Positions 1-7,763 of a DNA stretch of 64,000 bases are shown here, piece by piece. The position numbers and the translations under genes are program-made. Under the pieces are notes generated by a model. It was not told the DNA's origin. It worked only from the letters and a program-made list of their open reading frames with translations, and did no database searches. Where the stretch lies: assembly GCA_016179105.1 (NCBI GenBank), contig JACOSB010000019.1, positions 4,115-68,114 on the forward strand, given 5' to 3'. Position 1 is the first letter of the stretch. Each line of letters begins with the position of its first letter. Source of the stretch: Candidatus Acetothermia bacterium (GTDB lineage Bacteria > Bipolaricaulota > Bipolaricaulia > RBG-16-55-9 > DRXL01).

Positions 1-116
1 TGTTCACCACGAGTGACGCGGCTTGAACGACGGGAGCGACACTAAGCAAGCACATCAGGCCAACCCCAATCACGAGACTCCAGTGAGCGATGAACTGAAC
101 TGAGCGACCATTCCGA

Positions 117-209
117 TGAGAGCTGCCTCCAGACATTTTCAACCCCTCCTCCGGTGATGGCTCCATTATAGCTGATTATGCACGCAAATGAAGATGGGGT
201 GGGGATTTG
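117..209. repeat. 93-bp perfect direct repeat, copy A (identical to 925-1017)
   Basis: Exact identity read from sequence (tgagagctgcctccagacattttcaacccc...ggggatttg). Flanks the DUF433/DUF5615 cassette on the left. Confidence 0.85.
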
Positions 210-308
210 GAGAAACCGCGAAGGCATCAGGGACAAGGCGACTTTCTTGACAGCGGCCTTGGCTCTTTGCCATCATGGAGCATATTGAAGCAAGGTAAGG
301 AGAAACTT

Positions 309-545
309 ATGTTGGGATTGGATCGGATCACTTTTGACCCGCAGATCATGGGTGGGCAAGCGTGCATTCGGGGCATGCGCATCACCGTTGCGTTGATTAT
401 TAACTTAGTGGCCAACGGCATGACCCGCGAGGAGGTTTTGCGAGCATATCCCTACTTGGAAAATGAGGATATTACTCAAGCCCTGCAGTACGCAGCTTGG
501 TTGGCTCAAGAGCGCGTGTCTGAACTGGCAGGAGAAAAGAAGTGA
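309..545 (+). CDS. DUF433 family protein (antitoxin-like partner of DUF5615)
   Basis: ORF 207..545; internal Met at 309 preceded by AAGGAG-like RBS. Motif ITFDPQIMGGQACIRGMRITV...YPYL...QALQYAA is typical of DUF433. Confidence 0.7.
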   Translation: MLGLDRITFDPQIMGGQACIRGMRITVALIINLVANGMTREEVLRAYPYLENEDITQALQYAAWLAQERVSELAGEKK

Positions 546-904
546 AGTTTCTGGCTGACATGGGAATTTCGCCGAGAACTGCCGCGTGGTTACAACAGCT
601 CGGTCATGACGCTATACACCTTCATGCTCAAGGCTTAGATCGTCTCCCCGATCCGGATATCTTGAGCAAAGCGCGAAAAGAAGAGCGTGTCTTGTTGACC
701 AGCGATCTCGATTTCGGGTATCTATTGGCCGTCAGTCGCGCTCAGCTGCCTAGTGTAGTCATCTTCCGATTAGCAGATATGCGGCCAAGCTCTGTCCATC
801 ATTATCTGGAACAAGTGCTGAAGCAATGCCAACAAGAGTTAGCACAAGGAGCCATCGTCATAGTGACGGAGAGAAGGATCCGCGTGCGTACCTTGCCCAT
901 CTAA
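542..904 (+). CDS. DUF5615 / Mut7-C-like PIN-fold protein (toxin-like partner of DUF433)
   Basis: 4-nt start/stop overlap with the upstream DUF433 gene. MKFLADMGISPR...GHDAIH...LLTSDLDFG pattern matches DUF5615. Confidence 0.7.
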   Translation: MKFLADMGISPRTAAWLQQLGHDAIHLHAQGLDRLPDPDILSKARKEERVLLTSDLDFGYLLAVSRAQLPSVVIFRLADMRPSSVHHYLEQVLKQCQQELAQGAIVIVTERRIRVRTLPI

Positions 905-924
905 GCATAGCAGGGGTGCCAGAC

Positions 925-1017
925 CATCGACGCCTGAGAGCTGCCTCCAGACATTTTCAACCCCTCCTCCGGTGATGGCTCCATTATAGCTGATTATGCA
1001 CGCAAATGAAGATGGGG
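925..1017. repeat. 93-bp perfect direct repeat, copy B
   Basis: Identical to 117-209; lies immediately downstream of the DUF5615 stop. Confidence 0.85.
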
Positions 1018-1036
1018 TGGGGATTTGAAGCGCTGA

Positions 1037-1132
1037 AGCGGAAAGACCTATGCCGCCAAACAGATAGAAGCCTATGCTGTTCGAGCAGAAGAGGGATGGC
1101 TGGTAATCACTGTGATCACACGATATTTTTAA
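1037..1132 (+). pseudogene. Possible C-terminal remnant of a DUF4258-family gene (the usual partner of DUF2283)
   Basis: Open frame after TGA at 1034 translates ...AKQIEAYAVRAEEGWLVITVITRYF*, resembling DUF4258 C-termini (..LVVITVY..). It has no start codon or N-terminal region and begins where repeat copy B ends. Confidence 0.3.
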
Positions 1133-1157
1133 GGAGTCAAGAGAAAAGGAGAAAGCC

Positions 1158-1400
1158 ATGAGACTGACGTACGACCCACGCTACAACATCGCTTATTTAT
1201 ATCTAAAAGAGAAGTCGACGGAAGTCGAGACCATCCACGTGAGTGACGAGCTCAATATCGACCTGGCACCGGATGGGACAATCTACGGAATTGAGCTGCT
1301 CAACGCGAATGAGCAACTGCGCGGGATAGACAGTGGCAAGCTCCGAGTGATCAACGATGCTACTGGCAAGCAAGTCGAAGTGACGCTCGATCCTGCCTAG
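1158..1400 (+). CDS. DUF2283 family protein
   Basis: MRLTYDPRYNIAYLYL...VDLAPDGTIYGIELLNA matches the DUF2283 pattern. GGAG RBS upstream. Confidence 0.75.
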   Translation: MRLTYDPRYNIAYLYLKEKSTEVETIHVSDELNIDLAPDGTIYGIELLNANEQLRGIDSGKLRVINDATGKQVEVTLDPA

Positions 1401-1643
1401 CCTCAGCGTCGGACGACCAACTTCCTCACTTCGCTCTGGATGAGCTTTCCATCCTTGTCTTGCACACTTACGAAATATAGATAGACCCGCAGAAGAGAAG
1501 TGAAACGGACAAGTGTCACGCGCATCACAGACAAGTCCGGCTTTTATCAATAGACGAGCGTCATCCCTATCACTTTTGTCTCCACGTATGATGAACCCAC
1601 TGTGCTTCTGGAATTTCTAATCGCGAGCCTGGGAGGTAGAGGG

Positions 1644-4184
1644 ATGATCTCACGTCGCTTGAAACGCTGGGGTGTAATATTTTCTCTGTGCGCACTTTTT
1701 TGTTTCAATCTCGCGCTCTCGGGAGGACGAATCGCTCGCGGAGGGGAACAACCTGATTACAGTTGGCTGCTCCATTCTCCCCTGAAAAAGCATCTGTCGG
1801 GAGCAGCGCTCTCGTACTTGCAACGCACGTATGGCCCGAAAAAGACTGAGAAGAGCGCGAACCCCACTCGCGCCGCGCGCACCCTTCCGGCCAGTGAAAT
1901 TTTCGAGGGCAAAAGTATTCGGGTGAACGACCCCTCTCCCGACATTGCGGACAACAGCACTCAGAGTGAAACGAGTATTGCGGTTCATGGGGATAACGTA
2001 GTCATCGCCTGGAACGATGCAGGAGATTTTTTCAGAAACGGTCAATTCACGGGCTACGGCTATTCTCGCGACGGCGGCCAGACGTTCACCGATGGCGGAC
2101 CTCTGCCTCTCTGGGCAGCGTCCGGTGGAACGACCCTCGGAGACCCCAGCATCGCTGCCGATCGAGACGGGAATTTTTATGCCTCGACCCTCGGCATCGA
2201 CAAGGATTTTTTCAACATCGTGGGCGTCGTCAAATCGACCGACGGTGGAGTTATTTTTTCGAAGCCTGTCAACGTGAGTGGTCTCAATCCCCGAGATTTT
2301 CCGGATAAATCTTTGCTGGCCGTGGATGCGACCGACAGCCCCCACTCAGGAAATATCTACGTCGTTTGGACAAACTTTATCTTTTTCGGGCAGTTGGCTC
2401 AAATCGTTTTTGTGCGCTCGACCGATGGCGGTCAGACCTTCTCTGCACCGATGCCACTCTCGGCTCAATTGGCTGACCCCGTGCAGGGAGCGATCATCGG
2501 CGTCGGACCTTCGGGAGAAGTCTATGTCACTTGGGAGGACTTACGCTCGCCCCACTCGATTCGCCTGCGAAAATCTACAGACGGAGGACAGAGTTTTGCG
2601 CCTGAAGTTTTGGTCAGCACTTTGAACCCGATCGCTGATCCTGAGGCCAGTTCCGCGTGCAATGAGACGGCGCTCAAGGGATTCATTCGCGTCAATGAGT
2701 TCCCCAGCATCGCGACCGATCAGGGCAATGGAGCCAATCGTGGCGCTATTTATATTACTTATAACGCAGACCCCGACGGCGAAGACGAAGGGGATACTTC
2801 AGATATTTTCTTGGCTCATTCCAACGATGGCGGCCAGACATGGAGCGCACCCGTGCGCGTCAACAACGATAAGACCCAGAATGACCAATTCTTTCCCTCG
2901 GTAGCGGTCGCTGACGACGGGACCGTTTCCGTGATGTGGTATGATCGACGCATCGACCCCGACAATTTTAAGATTGATGTCTTTCGAGCCGTCTCAACCG
3001 ACGGCGGCGAGACGTTTGCCAACGAGCGAGTGACAACCGAATCGTTTGGAGTTCCCCCGCTCCTGCCAAACTTTAACTCTTCTGTCGTCGACTGCTACAT
3101 GGGCGACTACAACTGGATGACCGTACAGGGTGAAAAATTCTATCTGAGCTGGGGAGACAATCATCGTGTCATAGTTACGCCGAAGTTTGCGCAAGGTCGC
3201 CCTGACCCGGACGTCGCGTTCACGATCGCTTCGACTCAAACAGCGGCAGCGCCCATGCTGGCCGTCGCACCGCAGAGCGTGGATTTTGGCACGGTCGACG
3301 TCGGAGAGACCGAGGAGCGTTCCATAGTCATTCAGAATATCGGGAGCTCGTCTCTCACGGGAACGCTGAAAGCTCCAGCAGCTCCGTTTGCGATCGTTGA
3401 CCTGAACGGCCCTACGCTTCCGTTCAAGCTCGCTCCTGGGGAAACTCTCGACGTGCAGGTCGAGTTCAACCCGGACGATGATGGAGCTGTCACAGGCACA
3501 ATTCACATCGACTCCAATGACATTCAACATGCACAGTTAGACATTCAATTAAAAGGAACTGGAAAAGCCGTCGTCGAAGGTCCCTCGATTCGAGTGACTC
3601 CCAAAGAACTCGATTTTGGCAATGTCCCTTCAGGCCAGAGAAAACAATTGACTCTCACCATTCGCAACGTAGGCACGGAGCCGTTGACGGTGAAAAAAGT
3701 CAGTGCGACCCGGTCGAACTTGTTCCGGGTTCTCGGTTTTCGTAAGCCTCAAGTGCTCCAGCCGGGGCGCTCTTTGCGAGTATCGGTCAGCGGCCGGGCG
3801 GGTGCGAATTCTTTGCTCAAAGCGAAGGTCTTTATCTTCAGCGATGATCCCGAAAATCCCAAGCTCGTCGTGGCGGTGAAGCTACGGGGAGTGCTCGCGG
3901 GGGCGACGGCTTCTCTCCAGCGTGTCGAGACGGATTTCTCTGGACAGTTATTACACCTACGATTAGCGCCAGCGCTACAAGGCAAAGCCCAGTTCGATCT
4001 TTATGATATGGCCGGGCATCGAGTACTCTCGCGAAGCTTTGAAGGGGCAATGCTCGATGTGCCCGCTACAGATTTTCATGGAGACACGCTCGCCAGCGGG
4101 GTCTATCTGGGAGTCATTCGTTGGGTCAACGAGCAGGGGCTGACCCAATACAGTCTGGCACGACGCATCTTCTTGCGTCGTTAG
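1644..4184 (+). CDS. Secreted BNR/Asp-box repeat (sialidase-like beta-propeller) protein with Ig-like middle domains and a T9SS/FlgD-Ig-like C-terminal domain
   Basis: ORF 1602..4184. Met at 1644 follows GGGAGG and begins a signal peptide (MISRRLKRWGVIFSLCALFC). Multiple S-x-D-G-G-x-T-F/W Asp-box repeats (STDGGQTF, SNDGGQTW, STDGGETF, STDGGQSF). C-terminus FDLYDMAGHRVLSR...ASGVYLGVIRWVNEQG fits the T9SS type-A sorting / FlgD-Ig pattern. Confidence 0.75.
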   Translation: MISRRLKRWGVIFSLCALFCFNLALSGGRIARGGEQPDYSWLLHSPLKKHLSGAALSYLQRTYGPKKTEKSANPTRAARTLPASEIFEGKSIRVNDPSPDIADNSTQSETSIAVHGDNVVIAWNDAGDFFRNGQFTGYGYSRDGGQTFTDGGPLPLWAASGGTTLGDPSIAADRDGNFYASTLGIDKDFFNIVGVVKSTDGGVIFSKPVNVSGLNPRDFPDKSLLAVDATDSPHSGNIYVVWTNFIFFGQLAQIVFVRSTDGGQTFSAPMPLSAQLADPVQGAIIGVGPSGEVYVTWEDLRSPHSIRLRKSTDGGQSFAPEVLVSTLNPIADPEASSACNETALKGFIRVNEFPSIATDQGNGANRGAIYITYNADPDGEDEGDTSDIFLAHSNDGGQTWSAPVRVNNDKTQNDQFFPSVAVADDGTVSVMWYDRRIDPDNFKIDVFRAVSTDGGETFANERVTTESFGVPPLLPNFNSSVVDCYMGDYNWMTVQGEKFYLSWGDNHRVIVTPKFAQGRPDPDVAFTIASTQTAAAPMLAVAPQSVDFGTVDVGETEERSIVIQNIGSSSLTGTLKAPAAPFAIVDLNGPTLPFKLAPGETLDVQVEFNPDDDGAVTGTIHIDSNDIQHAQLDIQLKGTGKAVVEGPSIRVTPKELDFGNVPSGQRKQLTLTIRNVGTEPLTVKKVSATRSNLFRVLGFRKPQVLQPGRSLRVSVSGRAGANSLLKAKVFIFSDDPENPKLVVAVKLRGVLAGATASLQRVETDFSGQLLHLRLAPALQGKAQFDLYDMAGHRVLSRSFEGAMLDVPATDFHGDTLASGVYLGVIRWVNEQGLTQYSLARRIFLRR

Positions 4185-4608
4185 CACGAGTTGAATCACT
4201 GAGACCACGGAACTCCACGAAAGCACCCAAAACCGACTTGCCATTCTTCCGTATTTTTCGAGCTTCTCTGTGTTTTCGTGATTCTGGCTGGTTAAAAGAT
4301 TAGAAGGGAAGAAGGGGTGCGGTGAGTCATGACCATTTGGTTGGGTGGGCCTTCGAGGACTTGGTATGGCACGAGCTCTATACACCCCTTCTCTAAGTCT
4401 ATTTATAGCACAGTGCAACTCTTTTTTCAAGTCCTCCCCCAGGCTCCTGAAAAATGTGAGCCCGGTGGGCCATCTTAGCAGAATAATTCTGCATTCACGC
4501 TCTATACGCCCTCAGCTGTTCCAACGGAAGAGAGTCGGAGATGAGGCAAAAATTCGCACATTGCACCCGTTATTGTGTAAAAGCAGGGAGAGCTTTATAC
4601 TGGGGGGC

Positions 4609-5154
4609 ATGACCTGGGCGAATGGGGTAACGCTGATCCGGCTCGCGCTGATTCCGTTCGTCGTACTCTTATTTCTCAAGGGCCCCGGCTGGCTCTTTTT
4701 TCTCTTACTGGCTTTGGTCTTATTGGGAGATTTAGTCGACGGGGCGCTGGCGCGCTGGCAAGGACAGATCACAGACCTGGGTAAAGCGTTAGACCCGCTT
4801 ACGGACAAACTGCTCTTTGCCTCGCTTTTTGTGGTCTTGGCGTTCGAGGGAAAGCTCTCGTGGGGCTTAGTGATTCTATTGGCGATCCCTCAGATCGCGC
4901 TCTTGGCGGGCGGGCTGGTGCTCTATCAAGGATGGCGGATGGTCGTCGCCGCCCGCTGGTCGGGAAAGATGGCGACCGTGGTGCTCTCGCTCGGGCTCTT
5001 CTTGCTCTTGCTTAGGGCGAAACTCTTCACCTCCTGGGAAATCCCCTATGAGATCGAGATCAAGCTCATTTATGCGGGGATTTTTCTCTCGTATGTGTCG
5101 GGGGTCGATTACTTGCTGAATGTGATGCGGCTGTTCCGGCGTCGAGCAAGCTAG
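4609..5154 (+). CDS. pgsA: CDP-alcohol phosphatidyltransferase (CDP-diacylglycerol-glycerol-3-phosphate 3-phosphatidyltransferase-like)
   Basis: ORF 4345..5154; real start likely MTWANG at 4609. D-G-x2-A-R...G...D-x3-D motif (DGALARWQGQITDLGKALDPLTDK) and multiple TM helices. Confidence 0.7.
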   Translation: MTWANGVTLIRLALIPFVVLLFLKGPGWLFFLLLALVLLGDLVDGALARWQGQITDLGKALDPLTDKLLFASLFVVLAFEGKLSWGLVILLAIPQIALLAGGLVLYQGWRMVVAARWSGKMATVVLSLGLFLLLLRAKLFTSWEIPYEIEIKLIYAGIFLSYVSGVDYLLNVMRLFRRRAS

Positions 5155-6025
5155 CGAACTCAAGGGGCAAAGGCGCAGTGAGCTGGAGACGCTGGCCGGT
5201 CGAAGGATGCCACAGTTTGAGCTCCCATGCGTGCAAATAGAGACGAGTCTTGATTACGGGTTCGCGCCCGTATTTTTCATCACCCATCACCGGATGTCCG
5301 ATCGCTTGAAAGTGCACACGAATCTGATGCGTCCGTCCCGTCTTGGGATACGCCTCGACGAGCGTCTGCTGCTTGAATTTTTTCAGCACTCTGAATTCAG
5401 TCACGGCGGGCTTGCCCGATTTAGTGACCTTCATGCGCTGATAATCGTGGGGGTCGCGGCCTAAGGGAGCATCAATCAGCCCTTCATCCTCGGCGATGCG
5501 CCCTTGGACGAGCGCCAAGTATGTTTTGAAAATTTCGCTATTTTTGAATTGGTTGACCAGATGATGATAGGCACTGTCGGTTTTGGCCACAACGATGACA
5601 CCGCTCGTGCCCGCGTCTAATCTATGGACGACGCCGGGACGGCGCGGCGCGCCGATATGGGCCAATGAACAGTGCGCGAGCAGCCCATTGATCAAAGTCC
5701 CAGAATTATGTCCCGCCGCGGGATAGACGACCATCCCGCTCGGTTTATTCACAGCAATAATAGAGTTATCTTCGAATAAGATCTCTAAGGGAATGGCCTC
5801 GGGTGCGACGGTCTCGCTCACGGGGTCGGGAATTTCTATCACGACAGAATCTCCCGGCTCCAAAAGACGGCTCGCGCGCGCGGCCGAACCATTGACGAGC
5901 ACGTGGCCCAACTTAATCCATGCTTGAATCTGGGTGCGAGAATGTTCCAAGCGTTCGGCCAGCCAACGGTCTAAGCGCTGTCCGATGTCCTCGTCTCGGG
6001 TGAAAAACTCTTGGCGCGTCGGCAT
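5066..6025 (-). CDS. rluD: RluA-family 23S rRNA pseudouridine synthase (RluD-like)
   Basis: S4-like N-terminus followed by the catalytic HRLDAGTSGVIVVAKT motif. The 3' end overlaps pgsA convergently by about 89 nt. Confidence 0.8.
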   Translation of the reverse strand: MPTRQEFFTRDEDIGQRLDRWLAERLEHSRTQIQAWIKLGHVLVNGSAARASRLLEPGDSVVIEIPDPVSETVAPEAIPLEILFEDNSIIAVNKPSGMVVYPAAGHNSGTLINGLLAHCSLAHIGAPRRPGVVHRLDAGTSGVIVVAKTDSAYHHLVNQFKNSEIFKTYLALVQGRIAEDEGLIDAPLGRDPHDYQRMKVTKSGKPAVTEFRVLKKFKQQTLVEAYPKTGRTHQIRVHFQAIGHPVMGDEKYGREPVIKTRLYLHAWELKLWHPSTGQRLQLTAPLPLEFASLLDAGTAASHSASNRPPTHTREKSPHK

Positions 6026-6089
6026 GAGAACACCTTAACAATTGGGATGGAGTCTTGCAATGATGGGGGCCCCTACGGTGGGAGCCATG

Positions 6090-6118
6090 ATTGCATTCGG
6101 CCTCCGATGGGCTATAAT
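6090..6118 (+). promoter_or_regulatory. Sigma70-like promoter (TTGCAT-N16-TATAAT) for rimP-nusA
   Basis: ttgcattcggcctccgatgggctataat sits directly upstream of the rimP ATG at 6129, implying a very short or leaderless 5' UTR. Confidence 0.45.
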
Positions 6119-6128
6119 AGATTTCAGA

Positions 6129-6581
6129 ATGAGTCACGATTTGACGAACGAACTAGCCGAGATCGCACAGCGTGTCGCCGCCACGCAAGGGGTGGAGTTC
6201 TATTGGCTCACCTGGCGGCGCGGGGGATCGCGCTCCTTCGTCACGGTCTATATCGACCGGCCAGGCGGGGTCAACGTCGAGGACTGCGCACGCGTCAGTC
6301 GAGCCCTCGAAGCGCTTTTCGATGAGAAGATCGATCGTAGCTATGACTTAGAAGTCTCTTCACCCGGCCTCGATCGCGAGCTGCACGTGCCCGCTCATTT
6401 CAAAAGGGCGCTGGGGCAGACCGTTCAGCTGAAGCTGAGCATCCCGTGGAACGAGCAGAACGTGCTCACGGGATTGCTCCAAGGGCTCTCAGAGCGCGAA
6501 GTGATGATCGATCTCGACGAAGAGACCATCCATGTTCCCTTTGCCCGGATCCAGCGGGCCAAGGTTGTCGCAAGCCTGTAA
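6129..6581 (+). CDS. rimP: Ribosome maturation factor RimP
   Basis: ORF 6042..6581. Conserved LEVSSPGLDR motif. Immediately upstream of nusA, the canonical arrangement. Confidence 0.8.
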   Translation: MSHDLTNELAEIAQRVAATQGVEFYWLTWRRGGSRSFVTVYIDRPGGVNVEDCARVSRALEALFDEKIDRSYDLEVSSPGLDRELHVPAHFKRALGQTVQLKLSIPWNEQNVLTGLLQGLSEREVMIDLDEETIHVPFARIQRAKVVASL

Positions 6582-6621
6582 AATTTCCCGAGGGGAGAGT
6601 CGCGAAAGGAAGAGGTGGACG

Positions 6622-7671
6622 ATGAACGTTGAGTTTCTGGAGGCCTTGGAGGAGATGGCCAAGGACGAGGGCATCGAGCGCGATGATTTGTACGAAGCCG
6701 TCAAGAAGGGCCTGAAGGTCGCGTATATCGAACAGTTCGGCCCGGCCGAGACTCTGGATGTCGAGATTGACCGAAATTCCGGGGATATCAAGATTACGGT
6801 CAACGGGGAAACCCGAGAGATTAAGCTGACAGATTTTGGGCGCATCCCCACGCGCAAGGCCGAGGAGACCATCAAACAAGAGATCACGCGCAAGCGCCGC
6901 GAGATGGTCTACAATCGCTATAATATTAAAGTCGGCGAATTGATTCACGGCTCGGTCCATCGCTTCGAGGGCGGGAATGTCTGGATCAACCTGGGCCAGA
7001 CCGAAGCCCTGCTGCCCGAAGACGAGAGAATTCCCGGCGAGCGCTATCGCCAAGGGGCACAGATCAGAGCGTATCTGTACAAAGTCGAGAAGACCCAGGG
7101 TGACCCGAAAATCTTAGTCTCTCGCGCTCATAAAGACTTTGTCGCAAAACTCTTAGAGCTAGAAGTCCCGGAGATTGGACAGGGTTTGCTCAAGATTGAG
7201 AAAATCGCGCGCGAGCCGGGCGTACGCACCAAAGTCGCGGTGCGCGCGCTGTCGAGCGAGATCGACCCCGTCGGGACGTGCGTCGGCGCGGGAGGCTCTC
7301 GCGTCAAAGAAGTCGTGCGTGAACTTGGGGGCAATGAGAAGATCGATATTATTCGTTACAGCATGGACATGCGTGAATTAATCAAAAATAGTCTGGAGCC
7401 CGCCAAAGGCTTACGCATTGAATTAGACGAGCAAAAGAAAGAGGCGCGGGTCCTCGTCGCGAACGATGAGCTCTCGCTCGCGATCGGCAAGGGCGGCCAG
7501 AACGTACGACTCACGGCTAAACTCAGCGAGTACAAGGTCGAAGTCACTAGCCCTGACGAGATCAAGAAGAAAGCCGAGAAACAGGCGGCCGAGAAGACTG
7601 AACCGTCGGACAGCGAAACCACCCCGAAGGCCGAAGCAGCGCCCGAAGCACAGCCGGAGTCAAGGCCCTGA
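6622..7671 (+). CDS. nusA: Transcription termination/antitermination factor NusA
   Basis: ORF 6532..7671; start MNVEFLEALEEMAKDEGI at 6622 after GGAAGAGG. Contains S1 and tandem KH regions and an acidic C-terminal tail. Confidence 0.9.
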   Translation: MNVEFLEALEEMAKDEGIERDDLYEAVKKGLKVAYIEQFGPAETLDVEIDRNSGDIKITVNGETREIKLTDFGRIPTRKAEETIKQEITRKRREMVYNRYNIKVGELIHGSVHRFEGGNVWINLGQTEALLPEDERIPGERYRQGAQIRAYLYKVEKTQGDPKILVSRAHKDFVAKLLELEVPEIGQGLLKIEKIAREPGVRTKVAVRALSSEIDPVGTCVGAGGSRVKEVVRELGGNEKIDIIRYSMDMRELIKNSLEPAKGLRIELDEQKKEARVLVANDELSLAIGKGGQNVRLTAKLSEYKVEVTSPDEIKKKAEKQAAEKTEPSDSETTPKAEAAPEAQPESRP

Positions 7672-7763
7672 CGATCTAAGCTCAACTTAACACCGAAGCG
7701 AGCCTTAGAATCAGGACCTTTCTTTTTTTCTAAATCTCGCAAAAAAGGTGTAAAATATCCAAT

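Noticed and set aside
5066-5154. About 89-nt convergent overlap of the pgsA and rluD 3' ends
   Set aside because: Convergent 3' overlaps are common in GC-rich genomes, and the rluD tail beyond the catalytic domain is poorly conserved. This is not evidence of anything unusual.
6466-7053. Antisense ORFs (195 aa and 134 aa) opposite rimP/nusA, and many similar 60-120-aa ORFs opposite other genes
   Set aside because: They overlap strongly supported genes and have no RBS or homology. They are high-GC antisense artefacts.
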